A stretch of 64,000 nt of DNA, taken from contig CAMCVM010000005.1 in NCBI GenBank assembly GCA_945882015.1, positions 7,376-71,375 of the forward strand, in the 5' to 3' direction. Numbering within the stretch: position 1 is the first letter of the stretch; every line of letters begins with the position of its first letter. The translations under genes and the position numbers were made by a program. Under the pieces are notes generated by a model, which was given only the letters and a program-made list of their open reading frames with translations, ran no database searches and was not told the origin of the DNA. Positions 17,898 to 26,442 of this stretch are shown here, in pieces. This DNA comes from a candidate division TM6 bacterium GW2011_GWF2_32_72. GTDB taxonomy: Bacteria > Babelota > Babeliae > Babelales > CAIQNR01.

Positions 17898-19084
17898 AAC
17901 GTTATTTATTGTACCTTTGTTTTACTTTTTCATACGTATATGCTTTTGACGAGTTTTTATATCCTGTCGAAGTAATTGTGCATAATCAGAAAGAAAAACT
18001 CTGTGTTTTACGTCAAAAAAAGAATGAGCTTGAAGTGTGGCTTTGGGACCCTCAAGACGAAAGTACCGTAAAAGCATTGCTTTCATCGTTTAATCCTGCA
18101 AGTCTTACCGTGCTGCCTGATAAAAATGGATTTAGTTTTATTGATAACGATCACATCAGAATTAAATATAATGATAAACGTTTTCCTAAGTCAGTCCCAC
18201 TTTATGGACCGTATGATTTGACCACTTTACATTGGATTGATAATGAAACCTTTTATTTTGCAGCAAAAGAACGGCAACATAGTAATTTGTTTCATGCAAC
18301 CATAGAGGGTGATATCTTCAGATTAACTGTGAGCAATAAAAAAGATTATTATTGTCCTCAAAAAATTGATGAGACTTTATTTTTTATTGAAAAAAATAGT
18401 GATAACCAGTATTCAATTATTCAAGCAAAATATCCATCAGAAGAACTTAAACAAGCTGCCTGTTCTTTAAAAGAGCTTGATAATTTTTCAAATCAAGCCT
18501 ATGAAGAGTATGAAAAGAAAAACTGTTTATACCACCAGTATCTTAATTTAGAAACTGCTCAAGTTCTTTTTACTACAGATAAAATAATTTCTTTTTTAAA
18601 AATGATAAGCCTTACCGAAGGTTTTTTTTTAGAACATCCTGAAACAATTAATAGGGATGAAAACACTATTGCTTTTAATTATTGGCATCTTATTAAAGAA
18701 GACACCCAGTGGAAAACAAACTGTTTATTTAACTTTACGATTCCGCTTTATTTAATTGTAGCACAGCGAGGCAAGAATAGACTTTATGAATCAATTCTAC
18801 CACTTTTACCGTATTATGATCAAAAGTCAGCTATGCTTTATTTTGTAGATTATGCAGCAGCAAAAGATGTTTTAAACGTATTTTCTTATGCTTGTTTAAC
18901 TAAAGAAAAAAAACAAAAAACCGATTGCCAATTTTTTGGTCAAAGTTATTTTACCCCTCGGGCAATTAACCAATCTTTATTTTGCGGTGGCACCCTTATA
19001 AAACAGATGCGCAACGATCTTAATCCGCATATCGAAATCGATGAGCTGGGCACGCAACATTTTAAGTTTTTCAAGCTCAACTAA
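17894..19084 (+). CDS. Secreted hypothetical protein, possible TolB-like beta-propeller
   Basis: Signal peptide; ATGA overlap with the S8 gene; beta-rich segments (EVWLWDP, LHWIDNETFYF). Confidence 0.6.
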   Translation: MKRYLLYLCFTFSYVYAFDEFLYPVEVIVHNQKEKLCVLRQKKNELEVWLWDPQDESTVKALLSSFNPASLTVLPDKNGFSFIDNDHIRIKYNDKRFPKSVPLYGPYDLTTLHWIDNETFYFAAKERQHSNLFHATIEGDIFRLTVSNKKDYYCPQKIDETLFFIEKNSDNQYSIIQAKYPSEELKQAACSLKELDNFSNQAYEEYEKKNCLYHQYLNLETAQVLFTTDKIISFLKMISLTEGFFLEHPETINRDENTIAFNYWHLIKEDTQWKTNCLFNFTIPLYLIVAQRGKNRLYESILPLLPYYDQKSAMLYFVDYAAAKDVLNVFSYACLTKEKKQKTDCQFFGQSYFTPRAINQSLFCGGTLIKQMRNDLNPHIEIDELGTQHFKFFKLN

Positions 19085-19086
19085 AG

Positions 19087-19114
19087 TTTTAACATAATAA
19101 TGATTATTTACGAC
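19087..19114 (-). other. Putative dif site (XerC/XerD chromosome dimer resolution)
   Basis: Minus strand reads GTCGTAAATAA-TCATTA-TTATGTTAAAA; the XerD arm differs by one base from canonical TTATGTTAAAT. Intergenic, at the gene-orientation switch. Confidence 0.6.
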
Positions 19115-19132
19115 ATAATAGTCTGCAAACCT

Positions 19133-20506
19133 TTACCCCAAAAGCGCAATCGATACATTATTGATATTGTTACTTTCTCTAAAATTTTGTAGGTTCCAGT
19201 TACTTTCGGCATCAAGAACACCCTTTGAAAGAAATCGAGCTATCAGTCCATCAACACCACCATTTAACTCTGCGCCTCCCACTGCAACAATTTTGCCATC
19301 TGGTTGTAGAGCTACTGAATAGTATTGCTCAGAAGTATTAGGAACATTGGTAATAAAACCAGCACCATTATTAAATGTTTGATCAAGAGAACCATCAGGA
19401 TTAAATCTTGCTATCAGTCCATTAGTATCATCCGTTTCTCCCACTGCAACAATTTTGCCATCTGATTGTAGAGCTACTGAACGGTAAATAGAAGAATTAT
19501 TAGGTACATTGGTAATAAAACCAGCACCATTATTAAATGTTTGATCAAGAGAACCATCAGGATTAAATCTCACTATCACACCATTAGTATCATTCGTTAT
19601 TCCCGCTGCAATAATTTTCTCTTGAGCATTTATGGCAACTGCGAAGTAGGCTCTAGAATTCGTAGCTCCTCTTATATTAATATAACCAGGACCACCATTC
19701 ACTGAACCAGTATTAAATGTAGTAGTATCAAGTATGCCACTACTACTAAATCTCGCTATGATACCGTTACTATTATTACCTACGAGATCCAAATCCGTTT
19801 CTCCCACTACAATAATGCTACCTTGGGAGTTTATAGCGACTGCATAATAGCCAAAAGAATTTATAACTCCATCTGCATTAATATAACCAGGACCACCATT
19901 CACTGAACCAGTATTAAATGTAGTAGTATCAAGAGATCCGTCAGTGTTAAATCGTGCTATGAACCCATTATAACCCTCATTCATTAGCTCTGCTACCCCT
20001 ACTACAATTATTTTATCTTGCCTATCGACTGCTACTGAATAGTAAGAAAACGAAAAGTAGTCTTCTTCTGTATTAATAAATCCAGTGTTATTAAAAGTAT
20101 CATCAAGAGTCCCATCCGACTTTAAGCGTACTATGATGCCATTACTATCATTATTATTTAAATCTGTTTGACCTACTAAAATAATTCTACCTTGTGAATC
20201 TAAAGTTACTGAACGGTAAATAGAAGAATCATCAGGAAGATTGTCAATATAACCAGGTGTTCCTGCAGCATTAAAGCTTTCATCTAGTTTTCCATCAGGA
20301 TTAAATCTTGCTATCAGTCCATTATTATCATCAGTTCCTCCCACTGCAACAATTTTGCCATCTGGTTGTAGAGCTACTGAATAGTAAGACGAAGAATTAT
20401 TAGGAATATTGACAACATAACCTACTTTATAAAATCCTACTTGAGCAGCATTGCACAAAAAACCGATCTGTAAAAGCGCGATCAAACTATAAACAAAATA
20501 TTTCAT
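19133..20506 (-). CDS. Secreted delta-60 repeat (DUF5122-type) seven-blade beta-propeller protein
   Basis: Seven repeats of the type SVALQPDGKIVAVG..GLIARFNPDGSLD.TFN; signal peptide. Confidence 0.9.
   Translation of the reverse strand: MKYFVYSLIALLQIGFLCNAAQVGFYKVGYVVNIPNNSSSYYSVALQPDGKIVAVGGTDDNNGLIARFNPDGKLDESFNAAGTPGYIDNLPDDSSIYRSVTLDSQGRIILVGQTDLNNNDSNGIIVRLKSDGTLDDTFNNTGFINTEEDYFSFSYYSVAVDRQDKIIVVGVAELMNEGYNGFIARFNTDGSLDTTTFNTGSVNGGPGYINADGVINSFGYYAVAINSQGSIIVVGETDLDLVGNNSNGIIARFSSSGILDTTTFNTGSVNGGPGYINIRGATNSRAYFAVAINAQEKIIAAGITNDTNGVIVRFNPDGSLDQTFNNGAGFITNVPNNSSIYRSVALQSDGKIVAVGETDDTNGLIARFNPDGSLDQTFNNGAGFITNVPNTSEQYYSVALQPDGKIVAVGGAELNGGVDGLIARFLSKGVLDAESNWNLQNFRESNNINNVSIALLG
19344..19570. 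repeat. 65-bp perfect internal repeat pair, 162-nt period
   Basis: 19344-19408 is identical to 19506-19570. Confidence 0.9.
19676..19933. repeat. 57-bp perfect internal repeat pair, 201-nt period
   Basis: 19676-19732 is identical to 19877-19933. Confidence 0.9.
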
Positions 20507-20592
20507 AACAATTTCCTTTTTTTAATGACAATCTTTTTATCTTCATAAAGATTAAGAAAAGAATAAGGACTAATGCAAGAATTTTCGGGGCA

Positions 20593-21087
20593 TTAAATGC
20601 GTAGTTTGCTCATTATGTTGTTATGCTGCCAAACGCCACAGAGCGTTACGGCTAAAGCATCGGTAACGTCTGATTTTTCAGGAGCGGTAAGATTAGGGAA
20701 TAGCCGCATAATAACATGGGCAACTTGTTCTTTGCTTGCACCACCAAAGCCTGTTAATGCTAACTTAACTTGTCGCGGAGCAAATTCATGCAGTTCAAGT
20801 TTATGTTGGCTAGCAAGTAAATATAAAATACCGCGTAAATAGCCCAACTTTAAAAAGTTTTGAGCATTTTTACCTAAAAAAGGGGTTTCAAGAGAAAGAT
20901 GGTCAACCTGATGTACTTGAATTTTTTGATTAAAAAACTCATAAAATAGGCCTGTTCGTTCTACTAAACTTTTAGAAGGCGGTAATCGTAAATAGCCATG
21001 ATCTAATAAAAAAGCTTTATTCTGTTCTTTTTTTAAAATTCCAAACCCTGCAAAAGCAAATCCTGGATCAATACCCAACATAACCAT
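20593..21087 (-). CDS. ruvC: Holliday junction resolvase RuvC
   Basis: LGIDPG, LETPF, GGASKEQV, DVTDALAV. Confidence 0.96.
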   Translation of the reverse strand: MVMLGIDPGFAFAGFGILKKEQNKAFLLDHGYLRLPPSKSLVERTGLFYEFFNQKIQVHQVDHLSLETPFLGKNAQNFLKLGYLRGILYLLASQHKLELHEFAPRQVKLALTGFGGASKEQVAHVIMRLFPNLTAPEKSDVTDALAVTLCGVWQHNNIMSKLRI

Positions 21088-21130
21088 AAAAGCCTCATAC
21101 TACTTTTTACTACTTTTTTAAAAATCATTT

Positions 21131-22504
21131 TTAATAATTTTCGTGCACATCTTCAAACTTAGTCAGTTCTTTTAAGAATGTTAAAGGAACCATACCAGTT
21201 GGACCATTACGTTGTTTTCCAATAATTAATTCTGCTCGCGCTGGTTGTTCTGTATCAGGATTATATACCACGTCTCGATACAAAAACATAATCACGTCAG
21301 CATCTTGCTCAATGGCACCCGATTCACGCAAATCAGAAAGCATTGGGCGTTTGTCCATTCGGCTGTCAACAGCACGCGAAAGCTGCGAAAGCGCAATAAT
21401 AGGAAGCTGCAATTCTTTAGCCAAAGCTTTTAATGACCGTGAAATTTCTGAAACTTCTTGATGCCTATTTTCATGCCGTTTACCACTATGAAGCAGCTGC
21501 AAATAATCGATCACTAAAAATTTAACATCTGCTTGTTTTTTTAACTGCCGAGCTTTTGCTCGTAATGCCATGATATCAAGCCCTGCTGTGTCATCGATAA
21601 AAAGCTTCATTTGAGCAATTCGGGCAGCAACATTGGTCAATTCAACCCACTCATCTGAAGTAATGGTTGCGTTTCTAATATTATGATGTGCTATGGCCGA
21701 TTCTGTTGATAAAAGTCGCAAAGTTAACTGCTCGGCTGACATTTCAAGTGAAAACACGCCAACAGTAACACCTTGTGCAGCCGCATGGGCTGCAATGTTT
21801 AAAGAAAGCGCGGTTTTACCCATTGAAGGCCTTGCTGCTAGAATAATTAAATCGCCTGGCTGAAACCCTGACGTCATTTTATCTAATTTATCAAAACCAG
21901 ATGAGACCCCTGTTAATCCACCAGCATTACTTTTGATATCTGACAAATGTTGAAAGGTCTTTTTAAGCCAGATATTAATTTGAACAAAATTCTGATCGGT
22001 GCGTTGATTTGATATCTGAAAAATTGCTTTTTCTGCAGCATCTAAAATAGATTTGATATCATCATCATCCTGGTTGTAACAACCACCTATAATTTCTGTC
22101 GCTGAATTAATTAAAGACCTTAAAATCGATTTTTCTTTAATAATTTTTGCATGCTGCTGCAAAAGCCCTAAAGAAGGTATATCTTCTTGTAAAGAAAGCA
22201 AATACATGATGCCGCCAATTTGCTCCAAAACTCCTTTTTTCTCAAGTTCATTTTGCAAGGTAACAACATCTAGTCGTTCCATTCTATTGGCAATTGTAAC
22301 AATAGCATCATAAATCAATGTGTGCGCAGGAAGATAAAAATCTTTTGCTTCTAAAATTTCAGTAATTTGTGAAAGGCCTTCATCATTTAATAAAAGAGCT
22401 CCCAAAACAGCTTTTTCAGCCTCACTACTTGATGGTAGTTTTTTACCTAAAATTTTTTCAGCAGAATTCTGACTTTTTTGAAACCTACTTTTATCAATGT
22501 ACAT
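21131..22504 (-). CDS. dnaB: Replicative DNA helicase
   Basis: AARPSMGKT, FSLEMS, IDYLQL, LSQLSR, DLRESGAIEQDAD, KQRNGPTG. Confidence 0.99.
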   Translation of the reverse strand: MYIDKSRFQKSQNSAEKILGKKLPSSSEAEKAVLGALLLNDEGLSQITEILEAKDFYLPAHTLIYDAIVTIANRMERLDVVTLQNELEKKGVLEQIGGIMYLLSLQEDIPSLGLLQQHAKIIKEKSILRSLINSATEIIGGCYNQDDDDIKSILDAAEKAIFQISNQRTDQNFVQINIWLKKTFQHLSDIKSNAGGLTGVSSGFDKLDKMTSGFQPGDLIILAARPSMGKTALSLNIAAHAAAQGVTVGVFSLEMSAEQLTLRLLSTESAIAHHNIRNATITSDEWVELTNVAARIAQMKLFIDDTAGLDIMALRAKARQLKKQADVKFLVIDYLQLLHSGKRHENRHQEVSEISRSLKALAKELQLPIIALSQLSRAVDSRMDKRPMLSDLRESGAIEQDADVIMFLYRDVVYNPDTEQPARAELIIGKQRNGPTGMVPLTFLKELTKFEDVHENY

Positions 22505-22520
22505 AAAAAGCCTTTAAAGA

Positions 22521-22979
22521 TTAGGCAGCGTCACCTTTTTCTGAAATTACTTTCAGTTGGACCTTTGGCTGAAGTTGAGAAGTAAGTTTAACCGTAATAT
22601 CAAAAGTTCCTTTTTCTTTAATTACTTTATCTATTTTAATTTGGCTTTTTGCAACACTCAAGCCTTCTTGTGTAAAAAGATCTGCTATTTCGCTTGCACT
22701 GATTGAAGCGTACAACTTGCCATCATCATGCATTTTACGTTTTATCGTTAATTTGATGGTTTTAATCTTTTCAGCAAGACTTGATGTTTTTGAAGCAATA
22801 ACTTCTTTATTGTTTTCACTTTTTTTTGAACGTTCTTGGTAGAAAAGTTCATTAGCTGCGGTAATTTTAACAGCCATTTTATTAGGGATTAAAAAGTTAT
22901 CAGCATACCCTTCTTTAACTTTAATAATTTCCCCGGCAACACCGATACCTTTAATAGTTTTAAGTAAGTAAACTTTCAT
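22521..22979 (-). CDS. rplI: 50S ribosomal protein L9
   Basis: MKVYLL..G..GEIIKVKEGYADNFLIP, GKLYASI; ATG 22979 after SD AAGGA. Confidence 0.97.
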   Translation of the reverse strand: MKVYLLKTIKGIGVAGEIIKVKEGYADNFLIPNKMAVKITAANELFYQERSKKSENNKEVIASKTSSLAEKIKTIKLTIKRKMHDDGKLYASISASEIADLFTQEGLSVAKSQIKIDKVIKEKGTFDITVKLTSQLQPKVQLKVISEKGDAA

Positions 22980-23073
22980 AAAAAGTCCTTCTTTGTTTTT
23001 ATCGTAATAATGAATCAAAAATGATTTATTTAGTATACTGCAAAATAAAAAACTTTAAAAATTATGCAGTAAC

Positions 23074-23105
23074 AAAAAACCCAACGAAAAAAATTTCGTT
23101 GGGTT
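23074..23105 (-). terminator. Intrinsic terminator after the 50-aa ORF
   Basis: Perfect 12-bp stem AACCCAACGAAA/TTTCGTTGGGTT followed by a T tract on the minus strand. Confidence 0.85.
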
Positions 23106-23128
23106 AGGGTATCAAAAATAATTAAAGT

Positions 23129-23281
23129 TTATCGCCAGTATTTTTTAAATAATGTACGATTGGCATAACAAGACAAAGATTGTTTATCTTCTGCTTTCTT
23201 TTCTACTTTTAATAAAGACCACAAAGGAACTCCAAAAAAGTAATGGTAAAGATTATTGAACGCAATAAAAAGACTCTCCAT
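23129..23281 (-). CDS. Small 50-aa protein missed by the ORF track
   Basis: MESLFIAFNNLYHYFFGVPLWSLLKVEKKAEDKQSLSCYANRTLFKKYWR; SD AAAGGA upstream; terminator downstream. Confidence 0.65.
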   Translation of the reverse strand: MESLFIAFNNLYHYFFGVPLWSLLKVEKKAEDKQSLSCYANRTLFKKYWR

Positions 23282-23386
23282 AATTCATCCTTTTTGATTA
23301 AAAGGAAACCTCCATTTCCCCTGCCTCATTTAATATAATTTTACTATTTGAAAAGAAAAAAAACAAGAGTTTGATACAGAAATTTT

Positions 23387-24721
23387 CTAGATTTTTTTTA
23401 AATAAGCCTGGCTATTAATAAAATAAGCTCCTGACCAACTACAATAAATTATTGGTCTTTGCTCTGAAAGAGCAACAAGCTGAGCAGCTAAAAGCATGAA
23501 TTGCAAATAACCAAAACCTGTAAAATAGGAATCATTGGCTATACAAATGAGTGGAATTCTTGGATACTTTCTTCTTTGCTTGTCCCAAAATAGTTCTGAA
23601 CAAATAACAGGCAAAAAAGGACCTATTTGATTATGTTTTACCGGGATAGGGGAAGTTTTAGAAAATGTAAACGGCTTCTTTTTATGAAGAAAAAAGTCAA
23701 AATAAAATCCACATTGAAAAAAATAAAACGGGTTGTATTCAAAAAATGGAATGAGATGAGTCTTTTCATAACTTATTATTATGCGACTTGGATTACAAAA
23801 AATGAAGCTGTTGTAAAGTTTTTCTGCTTTTTTTGTATGCGTGCCAAAAATACACAGTGAACCTTGCAATAGATGCTGTTGTAATAAGGAAGCTCCATAA
23901 TGTTCTGTATCGTTACAAAAAGGCACGCAGGATTCAGGGAAAATTAAGAGTTTATCTTGTTCTTGTGATAACTTCTGAGTCATAATGTTTAATCGTTCTT
24001 GCATCGTTGCTGTTGCTTTAAAGGTAACGCTAATTACCTTGTCAAACCAAGCTGGCAACTGTTCTGATTTATTGCTGATGAGTGAAAACAAAAATAATAA
24101 CAATAAACAAATGCCAACTAATTGCCATATTTTTTTACTATACCCTTCTATTGCGACAGCACTTATGATAATAAGCGCTAAAACAACGGGCCATTTGCCA
24201 AGCATACCTATTAACTGTGCTAATACTGGTTTATAAAAAAGCGGTAATAAGACAAAGCATAAAGGAAGCCCTTCAATCCTACCAAAAGGGAACAGGAGTC
24301 CTTTATCAATCCATAAAAAATATAAAAAAGTTCCTGCTATCCAAATAAATTGTTGATAGTTTTGATGCCTTTTTTGTAGCTCTTTAAGGATTAAAAACCA
24401 AAATCCCGGGTATAAAGCACAATAGACTACAAATAAAGTGGGATACAATAAACGAAAATAACCATAACCTTGCTCAAAAACAACATAAAAAAAATCGAAT
24501 GAATGGAAGGCAAAAAAAGTCAGCCCCCAGATAAAACCATAAAAAAAAGAAAGCTTCTTTTCTAAAAAAAGCCAATAAAGCGGTATTAAAAAAAGAAATA
24601 ATCCATATAAAAATCCATAAAAAGAACTGGCAAAAACGAGCGCTGAAAAAAAAACAAGGAGACTTACAGATCTCCTTATACTTTTTTCAAGACGCAAAAT
24701 ACTTATTTCTTGCATCCGCAA
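23387..24721 (-). CDS. lnt: Apolipoprotein N-acyltransferase (Lnt-like)
   Basis: Multi-TM N-terminus plus nitrilase-fold triad motifs FPES, YEKTHLIPFFEY, ICSELF, IANDSYF. Confidence 0.82.
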   Translation of the reverse strand: MRMQEISILRLEKSIRRSVSLLVFFSALVFASSFYGFLYGLFLFLIPLYWLFLEKKLSFFYGFIWGLTFFAFHSFDFFYVVFEQGYGYFRLLYPTLFVVYCALYPGFWFLILKELQKRHQNYQQFIWIAGTFLYFLWIDKGLLFPFGRIEGLPLCFVLLPLFYKPVLAQLIGMLGKWPVVLALIIISAVAIEGYSKKIWQLVGICLLLLFLFSLISNKSEQLPAWFDKVISVTFKATATMQERLNIMTQKLSQEQDKLLIFPESCVPFCNDTEHYGASLLQQHLLQGSLCIFGTHTKKAEKLYNSFIFCNPSRIIISYEKTHLIPFFEYNPFYFFQCGFYFDFFLHKKKPFTFSKTSPIPVKHNQIGPFLPVICSELFWDKQRRKYPRIPLICIANDSYFTGFGYLQFMLLAAQLVALSEQRPIIYCSWSGAYFINSQAYLKKI

Positions 24722-24948
24722 TCACAATCGCATAGACAAATTAAACCACATTTCGAGCAAAAATTTAAAAGGATTATCACAATAAATCTCCTTATGGAAA
24801 TAAAAAGTAGATACCTTGCTCTGTGAAATTTACTGAAAGTTTTCAATCAAAAACAAGAATTCTTAAAAAGTAGTATCTTTTCATTTTTTAAAGCCTTTTG
24901 CTATCATGAAAGAGTATTACTTAAAAATTTCAGAAAGAGGATTTAAAC

Positions 24949-26442
24949 GTGAATTCTTTATTATACCTTGTAACAGTATTTTTATTTATTAGTCCAATTT
25001 ATGGTGGCATGCCTTCTATTCCTGGCTTAGGTGGGCAAGGTGCGGTGCAACAAGGCGGATTAATGAAAATGCCTTCAGAAGCTGAAATGAAAGAAATTAA
25101 TGATTTTTTGGCAACCTTAAGCGAAGATGAATTAAAAGAACTGGCTAAACTTGGTGAAGAAATTATTGCAACCGCAGAAAAAGAAGGGGTTCCACTCTTT
25201 TATCCAGCTGATCCAAATGAAGTCCCTGGAAACATACCACCCTTTGAGCCGATGCAACCCACTCAGCCAATTAAAAAAACTGAGTTACCAAAACCAATTA
25301 AAAAGGTAGAGCAGTCAACACAAAAAGCTACTAAAAACATTCTTAGCAATTTAATAAAAATCATTAACGAAATTAAAAAGAAAGTGGCTACTGATCCCCT
25401 ACTGACTGATTCATTCAGCAAGCTTAATGAATCAACTAATACTTTTTTGTATTATCTTAATGTAGCAACTGATACTAAAATTACTCAATATTTGGCAGAT
25501 AAAGAATTTGAAACATTATATAAGCATCTAATAAAGCTTGAAAAAGAGCTTGAAGAACTTGCTCAAAATTTTGATGTACCAAATAAACACACCATGAAAA
25601 TTACTCCCTATACTAAAGCAATGAAGGTTGCTGAAACAACATTAAATAAGATTATTACACTGCTAGAAAAAACATTTTCCGAGCAAAATAGTCTTAAAGA
25701 GTTTGAAAAATTGATTAAAAAATATGATCCAGAAGCTCTAAAAATTAAAAAGGAATTAGAGATACAAGAACGAGCTGCACATGAAGCAACTAAGAAAATC
25801 CCTGTAACTAATACTGGAAAATCTACCTTCATGCCATCACGTACTATGGCTGAAAATACGGTCCAATCTCCTTTTAATATTAGTAACAGCACCCAACCTT
25901 TAAAAATGCCAAATTTTTCTCAAAAACAAGAAAAACAACAAAAACCGTCTAAACAAGATAAACCATTCCAACTTGTTAAAAATCATGAGAAAAAATCAAA
26001 TACTAGTCAAAAAATAAAACCAACTCTAGCTGATCTAGAAAGGAATGTTAAAACGCAATTTGACAAAGTAGAAGCATCACTAACCCCGCACAAAGAAGCA
26101 ATTGTTAATTATTTTGCCAATAACTCTATCATTTGCGAAGAACCAGAATGTCTTAAGAAACCATTAAGTGATACTAATTTTGAACTTAAAAAATTAAAAA
26201 AAGCTGTAACTAAATGGCATGACTCACTTGAAAAGATTGCTCACAATAGTAGTGACTACCGTATTAAAATAAAGCCTTTGCAAGATTTTTATCAATCTGA
26301 AAAGCACAATACCCTTAAATTAGTTCATAACCATATTAAAAATTCAAGCCAAACCAGAAGAGTTTCTCTTGATGGTAATTTTAAACAGTTTAAATCTTTT
26401 ATGGATGATATTGAAAAGAAATTAACTGGGAATCAAGCCTAA
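24949..26442 (+). CDS. Hypothetical exported helical protein
   Basis: Signal-like N-terminus (GTG start), Gly/Pro-rich and Lys/Gln-rich linkers, helical blocks. Confidence 0.7.
   Translation: MNSLLYLVTVFLFISPIYGGMPSIPGLGGQGAVQQGGLMKMPSEAEMKEINDFLATLSEDELKELAKLGEEIIATAEKEGVPLFYPADPNEVPGNIPPFEPMQPTQPIKKTELPKPIKKVEQSTQKATKNILSNLIKIINEIKKKVATDPLLTDSFSKLNESTNTFLYYLNVATDTKITQYLADKEFETLYKHLIKLEKELEELAQNFDVPNKHTMKITPYTKAMKVAETTLNKIITLLEKTFSEQNSLKEFEKLIKKYDPEALKIKKELEIQERAAHEATKKIPVTNTGKSTFMPSRTMAENTVQSPFNISNSTQPLKMPNFSQKQEKQQKPSKQDKPFQLVKNHEKKSNTSQKIKPTLADLERNVKTQFDKVEASLTPHKEAIVNYFANNSIICEEPECLKKPLSDTNFELKKLKKAVTKWHDSLEKIAHNSSDYRIKIKPLQDFYQSEKHNTLKLVHNHIKNSSQTRRVSLDGNFKQFKSFMDDIEKKLTGNQA

Noticed and set aside
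697-17990. DnaA-box-like 9-mers (TGTGCATAA near 705 and 17977)
   Set aside because: Isolated and inside CDSs; expected by chance; no cluster or DUE to support an oriC call.
21098-21120. TACTACTTTT direct repeat between dnaB and ruvC
   Set aside because: Two 10-nt low-complexity copies in AT-rich DNA; no supporting recurrence.
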